A DNA stretch of 64,000 nucleotides. Source: an uncultured Actinomycetes bacterium (lineage in GTDB: Bacteria > Actinomycetota > Thermoleophilia > UBA2241). Location of the stretch: positions 452,328 through 516,327 of the forward strand of contig CAVTCH010000019.1 of NCBI GenBank assembly GCA_963733255.1, read 5' to 3'. Below, piece by piece: positions 42,986-52,646 of this stretch. The notes under the pieces are model-generated. The model saw only the letters and a program-made list of their open reading frames with translations. It did no database searches and was not told the origin of the DNA. Numbering within the stretch: the stretch's first letter is position 1; every line of letters starts with the position of its first letter. The position numbers and the translations under genes were made by a program.

Positions 42986-44458
42986 TCAGACGGGCTTCTC
43001 CAGACTTGCCAGCTCCCGATCGCTCTCTTCGATCGCCGCCCGCTCCGACGCGGGATCGAAGTTGCGCACCAGGATCAGGTAGACGATCGCGGTCACGACG
43101 GCGCCCACGATCCACGAGATGTCCACGCTGTTGATCTGCTTGGCCAGAGGCCCTGTGTAGTAGCTCTTCAGGGTGACCAGGTTGAGCAGCACCATGAAGG
43201 GGATCTCGGCGATGAAACCGGCGGCGTAGGCGATCAGGCCGTTGCGTGACCAGACTCCGTAGAGGCCGTGGGGCTTGAAGATCTCGATGATGGCGTAGTG
43301 CCCGCGGCGCACGAAGAAGAAGTCGATCAGGTTGGTCACCGTCCACGGCACCAGCAGGTAGAGCATGAGCGTGAGGACGGTATCGACGACGCCGACCGCG
43401 CTCGTGGAGATCAGCTTGGCGATCACGAACCAGATCACCGTCAGGCCCAGGATGGTGACCACCCTGGCTCCCCGGGTCGGGGTGACCTTGCGGAACGAGT
43501 CGACGCCGGCCAGGGTCGTCAGCATGCCGCCGTAGGCGTTCATGCCCATGGTCGCCGCCAGGGCGATCGCCGACAGAAGGGCCGTCACCGAACCGAGATA
43601 ACCGAACACGTTGTTGCCGGCCGTCTTCAAGCCGACCAGCCCGTCGGTCGCGCCCAGCCGGATCGCCAGCCAGGCGCCCAGCGCGATCAGCCAGATGGCC
43701 GGGGTCGCGGCGCCGGCGAACACGTAGCCGATGATCTTGCCCTTCGGCGTGTCGCGCGGCAGATAGCGCGAGTAGTCGGACACGTAGCCCGCGTAGGTGA
43801 TGTTGTAGGCCGCGGCGGCGGAGAACTGAGCCATGAAGCCGGTCCAGTTGAAGCCGTAGGGCGTGTGGCTCGTGACGTGGCCGGCGTGGCCGGTGAGCAC
43901 GGCGATCGAGATGATGGCCACGAGCGGCAGCAGGATGTACAGCAGCCATCTGAAGACGCGGTGCACCCAGTCGTGGCCGTAGATCGCCAGCAGAGCGGCG
44001 CCGACGGTCGCCACGACGGCGACCAGGTTGGCGTTCCAGCCGAACGTGCCGTGCAGCCCTTCGGAGAGAAGCACCTGGTCGGCGACGTTGAACGCCATGT
44101 AGGTGAACAGCACGGCAAACAGGGCGACGATGACTCCCCGGAACCCGAACTGGGCGCGCGACTGGATCATCTGAGGCAGCCCGAAGGTCGGGCCCTGGCT
44201 GGCGTGGAAGGCCATGAAGCAGGTGCCGACCAGGATGCCGGTCGTGCCGGCAAAGATCGTCCACCAGAGCGACAGGCCAAAGGCCGGCCCGATGAAACCG
44301 ATCGGGATGGTGAAGTACTGGAAGTTGCCCAGGAACCACAGAGGCGCCTGCTGCCAGGTCTTGCCGTGACGCTCGTTGTCCGGGATCCAGTCGATCGAGC
44401 GCACCTCAATGCCACGAATGCCGTTCGATGAGCGTGCGGGTTTGGTCTCAGTTGCCAT
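42986..44458 (-). CDS. NCS1-family nucleobase:cation symporter (cytosine/purine/hydantoin/allantoin permease type)
   Basis: 12-TMS protein with NCS1-like N-terminus (WIPDNERHGKTWQQAPLWFLGNFQ). AGGGGAG RBS. Confidence 0.85.
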   Translation of the reverse strand: MATETKPARSSNGIRGIEVRSIDWIPDNERHGKTWQQAPLWFLGNFQYFTIPIGFIGPAFGLSLWWTIFAGTTGILVGTCFMAFHASQGPTFGLPQMIQSRAQFGFRGVIVALFAVLFTYMAFNVADQVLLSEGLHGTFGWNANLVAVVATVGAALLAIYGHDWVHRVFRWLLYILLPLVAIISIAVLTGHAGHVTSHTPYGFNWTGFMAQFSAAAAYNITYAGYVSDYSRYLPRDTPKGKIIGYVFAGAATPAIWLIALGAWLAIRLGATDGLVGLKTAGNNVFGYLGSVTALLSAIALAATMGMNAYGGMLTTLAGVDSFRKVTPTRGARVVTILGLTVIWFVIAKLISTSAVGVVDTVLTLMLYLLVPWTVTNLIDFFFVRRGHYAIIEIFKPHGLYGVWSRNGLIAYAAGFIAEIPFMVLLNLVTLKSYYTGPLAKQINSVDISWIVGAVVTAIVYLILVRNFDPASERAAIEESDRELASLEKPV

Positions 44459-44510
44459 GGCAAGCTCCCCTATCGCTTGTCGCAAAGGACTGTTGCGCGC
44501 TGGGCACCGT

Positions 44511-45395
44511 CTAGTTCCTTTCTGTAGAGGACGACGAACCGGTCAACGCCGTCGCCGGCGCGCTGACTGCTGCGTAGAGTTCCGGTCGGCGATCTCGCAG
44601 TTGCGAGCCATAACCCGCTCTTGCCTCGTCGGTGCGATCGTGGTCGATCGTGGCGACCAGCAGTCCGTCGGGCTCGTCGCCGAGGCCGGTCACCGGGCGG
44701 CCGAGACAGTCGACCACGCGGGAGTGACCCGAGAACCGCGCCTCACCGTCGACGCCGCAGCGGTTGACCGCGATCATGGGAGTGACGTTGTCGTAGGCGC
44801 GGGCCGCGACGGCGAGGTCCCAGTCCTCGACGTAGGGATCCTCCCAGGCGCCGATCGTCACCAGAAGGTCGGCTCCGGCAAGGGCGTGCGTGCGCGCGAC
44901 CTCAGGAAAGGCCGCGTCCCAGCAGATCATCACGCCGAGCCGACCGATCGACGTGGCGATGCTCGCCAGATCGTCGCCGTTCGCAAAGAAGCGACGCTCG
45001 CTCTCGAGACAGTGAGTCTTGCGATACGAGGCGATCGGCCGGCCGTTGCGCTCGAACACGGCCGCCGAGTCGTAGATGAGCCCGGAGGTGGCGGAGGCCT
45101 CCGCATAGCCCGCGACGAGCACGACATCAAGCTCCGCGGCGAGGCTCGCCAGGCGCCGCAAGCTCTCGCCCTCGGGCCAGCGTTCTGCCAGCGAGCTGAA
45201 CGCCCGACCGGCCGAGTACCCCGTCACGCCCAGCTCCGGGACCACGAGAAGGTCGAGCTGCGGATGCTCCGCCTTCATCGTCCGGCCCAGACGCTCGATC
45301 TTCGAGACGTTCGCGGCCGGATCGCCGGTGATCGACACGAGCTGCAGACCACCGGTCACGATGGCGGATGGGCGCGATCGCGGCATCGCGCTCAC
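44511..45395 (-). CDS. Carbon-nitrogen hydrolase (nitrilase superfamily; N-carbamoyl amidohydrolase-like)
   Basis: E-K-C triad context (VVPELGVTGY, YRKTHC, GVMICWD). Confidence 0.8.
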   Translation of the reverse strand: MSAMPRSRPSAIVTGGLQLVSITGDPAANVSKIERLGRTMKAEHPQLDLLVVPELGVTGYSAGRAFSSLAERWPEGESLRRLASLAAELDVVLVAGYAEASATSGLIYDSAAVFERNGRPIASYRKTHCLESERRFFANGDDLASIATSIGRLGVMICWDAAFPEVARTHALAGADLLVTIGAWEDPYVEDWDLAVAARAYDNVTPMIAVNRCGVDGEARFSGHSRVVDCLGRPVTGLGDEPDGLLVATIDHDRTDEARAGYGSQLRDRRPELYAAVSAPATALTGSSSSTERN

Positions 45396-45398
45396 GAC

Positions 45399-46256
45399 TC
45401 AGGCGTCTCGCAGAAGCGGGAAGGTCATGCAGTGCGGACCGCCACCGCCTTTGAGGATCTCCGTGATCTCGGGGGCGATGACACTCAGGCCCAGTGCCCG
45501 GAGTCTCTCGTTGACAGCCGAGTTGCCGGCAAAGGTCAGCACCCGATCGTCACCGAGCGCCTGGATGTTGCAGTGGTGCTTGAGAACGCCGGCGCTGGGC
45601 ACCTCGATCAGCTCGAACCCGCGCTTGCGCAACATGCGCAGGAAGTGCTCGGGCATCTGCTCGACCGCGCAGACGGCGACGCCGGGTGCGACGATGTTGA
45701 ACGCCATGTCCAGGTGCAGGTTCTTCGACGGGATCTGGATGCCGGTGACCGTGTAGCCCAGCGGTTCCAGGATCTCGGCGGCGTTGCGCAACCCTTCCCA
45801 GTCGGTGCGAGCCGCGATGCCGTGCACGATGGTGGACTCATCGAGCAGCCAGAAATCGCCGCCTTCGAAGGTCCCCCGGCTCACCTTGCCGACGACGGGT
45901 ATGCCGAGCTCGCGGATCTTCTTCAGGTAGTGAAGGTCCTCGCCCTGGCGGATGGGCTCCCGGAAACTGCCGATCAACGCCCCCTCGGCGACACAGACGC
46001 CGAAGTCCCGGGCGTAGACCATGTACGGCAGCTCGGGATCGGGCTCGATGAGCACGACCTCGACTCCGGCGTCGCCGTACGCCTGGACGAGCTCGGCATG
46101 CTCGCGACGGAAGGCCGCCTCGTCGGGTCGCTCACCACGCGCCAGCACACCCCGCGTGATCTCGTTGATGGGCTGGAAGTTGAAGAACTCCGGTGGGCAA
46201 AGGAGCACCCTGCGAAGCTTGCCCGTCGCGTTTTGCACGTATCGCTGATCGGCCAT
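45399..46256 (-). CDS. Amidinotransferase-superfamily hydrolase (DDAH / arginine-deiminase / agmatine-deiminase-like)
   Basis: C-terminal GGGGPHCMT catalytic-Cys motif. About 285 aa. GGGAGGAG RBS. Confidence 0.6.
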   Translation of the reverse strand: MADQRYVQNATGKLRRVLLCPPEFFNFQPINEITRGVLARGERPDEAAFRREHAELVQAYGDAGVEVVLIEPDPELPYMVYARDFGVCVAEGALIGSFREPIRQGEDLHYLKKIRELGIPVVGKVSRGTFEGGDFWLLDESTIVHGIAARTDWEGLRNAAEILEPLGYTVTGIQIPSKNLHLDMAFNIVAPGVAVCAVEQMPEHFLRMLRKRGFELIEVPSAGVLKHHCNIQALGDDRVLTFAGNSAVNERLRALGLSVIAPEITEILKGGGGPHCMTFPLLRDA

Positions 46257-46414
46257 CTGCGTGTGCTCCTCCCTCGAAACAAGAGTGTGAGGAGAACGTA
46301 TGCACTGCGCCGACACCGAAGAAGTGGACTCGCGCACAGGATGTGTGGCTGCCGAGGTGCGCGCGCACACTCGTCTCGCGTGGTCTTTGGACCACGCTTC
46401 CGGGGCCGAGACAC

Positions 46415-47158
46415 CTATACCCAGACGATCAGCACCTGCTTCATCGCCTGGACGTAGGGGTGGTCGGCGCAATCGACCGACACCAGGCGCAGCCGCAGAT
46501 CGAGGTCGGCGTACTCGGCATGCCCCGCCTGGATCAGGAGGCGCTTGGCCTTGCGATCGTAGTACGGCTCAGGCGGCGCTGCCGTGGTCTTGCCGGCTTC
46601 GAGCAGGGGTTCGATGCTCGTCGCCCTTCTGAGGCCGAGCCCGTGGGAGAGACGGTCGCTTCGAGTGGCGTAGGTCCACTTGCCTTCCGCGGTCTCCGTC
46701 ACCTGAAGAAAGACGGTGTAGCCGTCGACCGTGACCATGTGGGTCTGGCGTCGCGCGTACCGCCGCCGGGGATCGGTGTAGCGCCGGCAGGCGCAGAGGG
46801 CGTTGATCCTGCGGTTGTCCAGGATATCGGCTCTTCCGACCTGCGCCAGGATGTCCTGCGTGAGGCGGCGGTCCCAGTCGGGCCTGGTCTCGAGGCTCGC
46901 CTCGACCAGGAGCTCGTCGACGAGGCTGAGCGACAGGAGCTCCTGCCCGTTCGGCAGGAGCCCACAGATGAGCTCGGTGATGGGGCAGGTGTCGTTTGCG
47001 ATGAGGTCGAGCACCGCGGCATACGGGGGCACGAGGAAGTGGTCTCCTCGCTCTCGCGCCTGAGCGATCCGCTGGTTCACGTCGGCGACCAGCCTGCGGC
47101 GCAGGTCCGGCCGGAGATCGCCCATCTGCATGTCTGAGCGTTTCATCGCTTCGGTCAT
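46415..47158 (-). CDS. Hypothetical protein (248 aa)
   Basis: GGAGAGAG RBS. No domain recognised. Confidence 0.4.
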   Translation of the reverse strand: MTEAMKRSDMQMGDLRPDLRRRLVADVNQRIAQARERGDHFLVPPYAAVLDLIANDTCPITELICGLLPNGQELLSLSLVDELLVEASLETRPDWDRRLTQDILAQVGRADILDNRRINALCACRRYTDPRRRYARRQTHMVTVDGYTVFLQVTETAEGKWTYATRSDRLSHGLGLRRATSIEPLLEAGKTTAAPPEPYYDRKAKRLLIQAGHAEYADLDLRLRLVSVDCADHPYVQAMKQVLIVWV

Positions 47159-47482
47159 CTCTCTCCGTGCCTTCTGGGGGGCCTGGCGTCGTTCGGTGTC
47201 GGCGGCACGTCGACAGGCGAGCCGGCGTGCGTAGATGAGTATCCCACAGAGGTGACATGCGGGCGGCGATGGGCGTACCGGTCGCAGCCGAACGAGATGC
47301 CCCTTCAGGCGTTCTCGAGGGTGCGTTGCCCAGGCAGGGCCGTCGCTGCCCACCACACCCTGATGTTCCCTGCGCCCGGGGATGGACCCGGCCACAATCG
47401 GGTATCATGCCGAGCCGACCGTTCCGTCGCTCACCGGCAGCGATCTGGTCCCGGCCCGCTTTCAGCGAAGGGAGCCCTGACG

Positions 47483-48481
47483 GTGCACCACGTCTACCAT
47501 ATGAGTTACCTCCAGGCGATCGTCATCGGCATCATCCAGGGCATCACGGAGCTCTTCCCGATCTCAAGCCTGGGCCACACGGTGCTCATCCCCTCGTGGT
47601 TCGGAGGGAGCTGGGCCACGCTCGTCAAGCAAGAGTCCATGGCCGAGAGCCCCTACCTTGCCTTCATCGTTGGGCTGCACCTCGCCACCGCCGTCGTGCT
47701 CATCGGCTTCTACCTGCGCGAGTGGACGCGCATCGTGACCGGTCTGGTGCGCTCCGTCGCCAGGCGACGCATCGCCACCGACAGCGAGCGTCTGGCGTGG
47801 CTCATAGTGCTGGCCACGATCCCGGTCGGGATCCTCGGTCTTGTCTTCGAGCATCAGTTCCGCGTGCTCTTCGCCAAGCCGGGGGTCGCGGCGTTCTTTC
47901 TGATGTTCAACGGCCTGATCCTGTTCGCCGGAGAGCTGTACCGGCGGCGCAACCTGCGCCTGACCACGCAAGGACGCCGACCTGAGGCCGCGGAGACGCT
48001 GCACGTGGCGGCGTCGAGCACGGGCCGACCCGCCGAAACGAAGACCCGCTTCCGCGACGAGCGCATCGTGCCGATGGACGAAGCCGCCGAGCACGAGCTG
48101 GGGCATGTCGGCTTCGGCAGCGCTCTGGTGATCGGCGCCTCCCAGGCGCTGGCGCTGCTGGCCGGCATCAGCCGCGAAGGCGTCGCCATGACCGGCGGCC
48201 TGTTCCGCGGCCTCAACAACGAGAACGCCCTGCGTTTCTCGTTCCTGCTCTCGACCCCCGTGATCCTCGCGGCCGGGCTCCTCAAGCTGCCGGACCTGAC
48301 CGGCCCGCTCGGCGCCGGTGTCCGCGGTCCGGTCCTGGCCGGCGCCGTCGCCGCTGCCGCCTCGTCACTGTTTGCGATCGTCTTTCTGTCGCGCTGGTTC
48401 AAGACTCGCACGCTGGTGCCGTTTGCCGTCTACTGTCTGGCGTTCGGGCTGATCTCGCTCGTGCACTTTGCGATCTTCTGA
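47483..48481 (+). CDS. uppP: Undecaprenyl-diphosphatase UppP (BacA)
   Basis: IIQGITELFPISSLGH signature. GTG 47483 preceded by GAAGGGAG, with alternative ATG at 47501. Confidence 0.85.
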   Translation: MHHVYHMSYLQAIVIGIIQGITELFPISSLGHTVLIPSWFGGSWATLVKQESMAESPYLAFIVGLHLATAVVLIGFYLREWTRIVTGLVRSVARRRIATDSERLAWLIVLATIPVGILGLVFEHQFRVLFAKPGVAAFFLMFNGLILFAGELYRRRNLRLTTQGRRPEAAETLHVAASSTGRPAETKTRFRDERIVPMDEAAEHELGHVGFGSALVIGASQALALLAGISREGVAMTGGLFRGLNNENALRFSFLLSTPVILAAGLLKLPDLTGPLGAGVRGPVLAGAVAAAASSLFAIVFLSRWFKTRTLVPFAVYCLAFGLISLVHFAIF

Positions 48482-48538
48482 CCGCAGGCGGCTCACCCGG
48501 TCTCACACCCCGACCCGACGGCAGCTCACCCCATGCCC

Positions 48539-49777
48539 TCAGACCGCTTCCGCCTCGTCGGTGTCCGTCTGGTCGGAGATCTCGCCGCGCGCCCCTTTTC
48601 GCGCCTGACGCAGGAACTTCAGCCCGATGATCGGATACACGAAGATGGAGACCAGGCCGGCGGCCACCAGGGCCACGGCCGTGCGCGGTCGCATCTGCCC
48701 CTCCTCCAGGCCTATGGCGGTGATGACCACGATCATCGGCAAGCCGGTGGCCGAGAAGAACATCAGCGCGCGCCGTTCGAGCCTGCTCAGCCGCCGCCGG
48801 TAGAGCAGCACCGGCAGCCCCCGCACAACGAGCATGGCGATCAGGAGCACGGGGATCGCGAGCAGGATCCAGGGGTCGCGGCCGATCGTGCCAAGGTCAA
48901 AACTCAAGCCGGTCGCCACGAAGAAGACCGGTATGAAGACGCCGTAGCCGATCGTGTGCAGCCGCACGGCGACCGTCTCGGCCTCGGGACCGCCACTGGC
49001 CAGGCGTACGATCATGCCCGCAGCGAAGGCCCCCAGCAGAGCGTCGAGGCCAAGGGCGAAGGCCAGCAGGACCAGCGCGACGAGCACGAGCAGCGACAGG
49101 CGCACGGCAAGCTGAGCGCTGGTCTGCATCGTCTCGTGGACCAGCCGCACGACCCGCGGCGGGCGCCAGCGCGCCGACAGCACCGCGATCGCCACGGCGG
49201 CGACGGCGAACAGGACGAGCAGCAGCGCGTTCGCCGAAGGCCGCCGCACGCCGAGCAACACGGTGACGGCGACGATCGGGCCGAACTCGCCGACGGTCCC
49301 CACCGCGAGCACGAACGGCCCGAAGCGCGTGTCCAGCACGCCCTCGTCGCGCAGGATGGGCAGCAACGGCCCCAGCGCGGTGGTCGACAGCGCCAGGCCG
49401 ACGAAGAGCGCCGAGAGCACGAGACCGGTCGCCTGCAGCAGGCCGGCGATGGCCAGACCCAGAACGACCGAGATGGCCCAGCCCGCGCCGGCCAGCCCGA
49501 TCGGCCGGCCCTCGACGCGCCGCGGCTCGACTTCGTACCCGGCCAGGAAGATCAGGTACGACAGGCCGAACCTGGCGAAGATGTCGACCAGGTCGGTGCG
49601 CGAAGCGATGCCCAGCACGGAAGGCCCGATGAGAATGCCGAGCCCGATCTCGGCGACGATGCTGGGAATGCGCGGCCGCCGCACGAGGTCGGCGAGCAGC
49701 ACCGCAACGACGCCCGCGGCCACCACGAGGCAGAGGCTGCCCAGGTCTGCCTCACTGATCGTCACCGCGGCGATCAT
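48539..49777 (-). CDS. Cation:proton antiporter (CPA1/CPA2, Na+/H+ exchanger family)
   Basis: 12-13 TMS with IAEIGLGILIGPSVLG and FLAGYEV motifs. Confidence 0.8.
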   Translation of the reverse strand: MIAAVTISEADLGSLCLVVAAGVVAVLLADLVRRPRIPSIVAEIGLGILIGPSVLGIASRTDLVDIFARFGLSYLIFLAGYEVEPRRVEGRPIGLAGAGWAISVVLGLAIAGLLQATGLVLSALFVGLALSTTALGPLLPILRDEGVLDTRFGPFVLAVGTVGEFGPIVAVTVLLGVRRPSANALLLVLFAVAAVAIAVLSARWRPPRVVRLVHETMQTSAQLAVRLSLLVLVALVLLAFALGLDALLGAFAAGMIVRLASGGPEAETVAVRLHTIGYGVFIPVFFVATGLSFDLGTIGRDPWILLAIPVLLIAMLVVRGLPVLLYRRRLSRLERRALMFFSATGLPMIVVITAIGLEEGQMRPRTAVALVAAGLVSIFVYPIIGLKFLRQARKGARGEISDQTDTDEAEAV

Positions 49778-50306
49778 GGTCGTCGCCTCCGCATCGGCCC
49801 CGGGGGTCGCCTCTTTGCCGGCCGGCGGGCCCGCGTCGCCCCTCGCCGCAGTCTTCCCCACCGACCGCGGAACCCTGCCGAGCGCCGTTACGGGAGCGCG
49901 GGAGACGCACCGGCCGCACATCTCCACAGGCCCTGGCACGTTTCGTCCGGACTGCATCGAGAAGCCATGTCGCCGGGCCGCGGCTCGACCAGAGAGCGAA
50001 TCACCCGAAACGGGTGAGGGCGGCCCCCGGGTTCACAGCTAGCCTGAATCCGACCATGCGACGCGCTACACCACCAGAAGGACATCGTGATGGCCCAGCC
50101 TCACAGCGAAGCCGGTCGACGGCAGCAGTTCGCTGCGCAGGTCGGCCAAGCCGGCTCCGACAGGCAACGACGCCCCAACGAGCCGATGAAGTGACTAGTG
50201 CTACACTCGCAATGAGCGTGCTGGTGGACGTGACGCGATCCCGCTGCCCGGATGGCAAAGTCACGGAGGGGCATGGCATGGTGAGACGGCCGGTCTCGGT
50301 GCCGTC

Positions 50307-52583
50307 ATGACGACCAGGCATCCCGACAAGTGGCACGGGCCCGCAGTGCCGGAGGTACCTGCGGACAAAGCCGAGCCCCTTGTGCCCCCCGCCTATACCC
50401 TGCGACCTCTCGAGTCGCGACTGCGTCCGCCGCGACCTTCTCTGGCGCTCGTGCGGCGCGACTCACTGCTTGCCTTCCTGGCGGCCTCGACCGCGCCGTT
50501 GACGCTCGTCTCGGCTCCGGCCGGCGCCGGCAAGACGACCCTGTTGCTGCAGTGGTTCGACGAGAGCACGCTGCCCAAGACCTGGCTGACGCTCGCCGCC
50601 GACGCCGACGACCCCGTCGTCCTGCTGACCTATCTCGCCCTCGCCCTGGGCCGCGTGGCCGATACCGGCCCCACCGTGCTGGAGTGGCTGCGCCTGCCGG
50701 CGCCGCCTATCCGCGAGGCGATCCTGCCGACTCTCGCTGCGGCGCTGGCCGCCGCGCCGCCGTTTCTGGTCGTGCTCGACGACGGCCAGCGCCTTACCGC
50801 GGAGCCCTGCTGGCAGTTGCTGGCCGTGCTGTTCGAGGCGCTGCCCGCCGACGCCCGCGTGGCGATCGCCACGCGCCGCGACCCCGAGATCCCGCTCGCT
50901 CGACTGCGCGCGGCCGGCCGCCTGGCCGAGCTGCGTTTCGCCGAGCTCGCCCTCAACGATGGCGAGGCGACACGGCTGCTGGAGATGAACGGCCATCACG
51001 CCGACGAGCAGGTCGTCGCGGCCCTGCTGGGTGTCACCGAAGGCTGGGCGGCGGGCCTTTACCTGGCGGCCCTGTCGAGCGACGCCAAGGGTGTCGCACG
51101 CGGCGGGCCGCCCGGCGACCGGCGCGAGGTGGGGCGCTACCTGACCAGCGAGGTGCTGGCCCAGCAGACGGCCGAGCTGCGCCACTTCATGCTCGAGACC
51201 TCGATCCTCGAGCGACTCTGCCCCGACCTCTGTCGCGCGGTCACCGGCCGCGACGACTCCGACGAGCTGCTGCGCCGCCTGGCGGGCGAGAACCTCTTCG
51301 TCTGGGCTCTGGATGAAGACGAGACGTGGTACCGCTACCATCACCTCTTCGCCGAGCACCTGCAGGCGGAGCTCGCGCGGCGGCCGCGTGCCGAAGTCGC
51401 CCGCCTGCACGCGCGCGCCGCCCGCTGGTTCGAAGCCGAAGACGAGGTCGAGAACGCCGTACGACACTGGCTGGCGGCAGGCGAGGTGGCGAGCGCCGCG
51501 GCGGTCGTCGGTCGCATCGCCCTGGACTATCTGTATCGCAGCGGCCACGTGGAGACGGTGCGCCGCTGGCTCGAGCTGTTCAGCGACGAGCAGATCCAGA
51601 GCGACGTGCCACTCACCCTGGTGGCCGGCCTGGTCTACACGGCAAGCGGCGATCCCAGGTTGGGAGGTCTGTGGGCTGGTGCGACGTTGGGCGAACGTCT
51701 CGACGATAGCCTCACTCCCGACGGAGGCATCACGCTGTGCGGCCTGCAGGCGTTGCTGCGGGCGGTCACGAGTGCCGAGGGCGTGACGCGGATGCGCGCG
51801 GACGCCGAGCTGGCCGCCTGCCCGCAGGCCGCCTTCAGCCCCCTTTGGCGCTCAGGGGCGGGCGCCCTTCTCGGGTACGCCCGGTGGCTGCTGGGCGACA
51901 ACGCGGGGGCGCGCGACGTCCTTTGTCTCGCGGTCCGGGAAGGGCGAGCGTCGAACGTGAATGCGGAGCTCGGTGCGCTCGGTCACTTGTCGCTTGTCGC
52001 TGCCGATGAAGACCGCTGGGACGAGGCGCGATCATGGGCCGACCAGGCCAGGCGGCGCTTCGCGGAATCACAGTTTGCCCGTATCCCACCCATGGTGGTG
52101 GTCTTTCTTGCTCAGGCCAGAGTGCTCGCTCACCAGGGCGCCGCCGATGCCGGCGACCCGGCCGCCGTGGCTGCCGCCATGTTCGAGCAGGGAGAGCTGT
52201 GGCCGTGGGCGGCGACCCTGACGGCCACGATTCTTGCCGAGGTGTACTTCGACCTCGGCGAGATGGAAGCGGCACAGCGCTGGACGAGCGCCGCCACCGG
52301 CTGCCTTGTTGGCTGGCCGGACGCCGGCATCCTGCGAGATCGGGTGGCACGACTCACCTCGAGCTTGCTGGCGCGCCGCGGCGTTCAGTCACTGACCCGG
52401 GCCGAAAGCCGGGTACTGGAGTTGCTTCCCACGCAACTCTCGGGCGACGAGGTCGCCACCCGCCTGGTCGTCTCGCCCAACACCGTGAGGTCTCACGTCC
52501 GCGCCATCTACCGCAAGCTGGGTGCGAGCTCGCGAACACAGGCCGTAGAACGCGCCCGCGAGGTCGGCCTCCTGGCGAAGTAG
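50307..52583 (+). CDS. LAL-type (MalT-like ATPase) LuxR-family transcriptional regulator
   Basis: P-loop SAPAGAGKTT near the N-terminus, long helical/TPR-like middle, C-terminal LuxR HTH (ESRVLELLPTQLSGDEVATRLVVSPNTVRSHVRAIYRKLG). Start codon uncertain (no clear SD). Confidence 0.8.
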   Translation: MTTRHPDKWHGPAVPEVPADKAEPLVPPAYTLRPLESRLRPPRPSLALVRRDSLLAFLAASTAPLTLVSAPAGAGKTTLLLQWFDESTLPKTWLTLAADADDPVVLLTYLALALGRVADTGPTVLEWLRLPAPPIREAILPTLAAALAAAPPFLVVLDDGQRLTAEPCWQLLAVLFEALPADARVAIATRRDPEIPLARLRAAGRLAELRFAELALNDGEATRLLEMNGHHADEQVVAALLGVTEGWAAGLYLAALSSDAKGVARGGPPGDRREVGRYLTSEVLAQQTAELRHFMLETSILERLCPDLCRAVTGRDDSDELLRRLAGENLFVWALDEDETWYRYHHLFAEHLQAELARRPRAEVARLHARAARWFEAEDEVENAVRHWLAAGEVASAAAVVGRIALDYLYRSGHVETVRRWLELFSDEQIQSDVPLTLVAGLVYTASGDPRLGGLWAGATLGERLDDSLTPDGGITLCGLQALLRAVTSAEGVTRMRADAELAACPQAAFSPLWRSGAGALLGYARWLLGDNAGARDVLCLAVREGRASNVNAELGALGHLSLVAADEDRWDEARSWADQARRRFAESQFARIPPMVVVFLAQARVLAHQGAADAGDPAAVAAAMFEQGELWPWAATLTATILAEVYFDLGEMEAAQRWTSAATGCLVGWPDAGILRDRVARLTSSLLARRGVQSLTRAESRVLELLPTQLSGDEVATRLVVSPNTVRSHVRAIYRKLGASSRTQAVERAREVGLLAK

Positions 52584-52646
52584 AGGGCTCTGTCCGGAGC
52601 CGGCGCTGCCCTGACGCGAACCACGCGCGGCGGCGCGATGCGCTGG

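Noticed and set aside
50014-50310. 98-aa ORF ending in an ATGA overlap with the LuxR-family gene start
   Set aside because: No RBS and a composition typical of random high-GC frames. It lies in a long leader region. Kept only as part of the intergenic-region finding.
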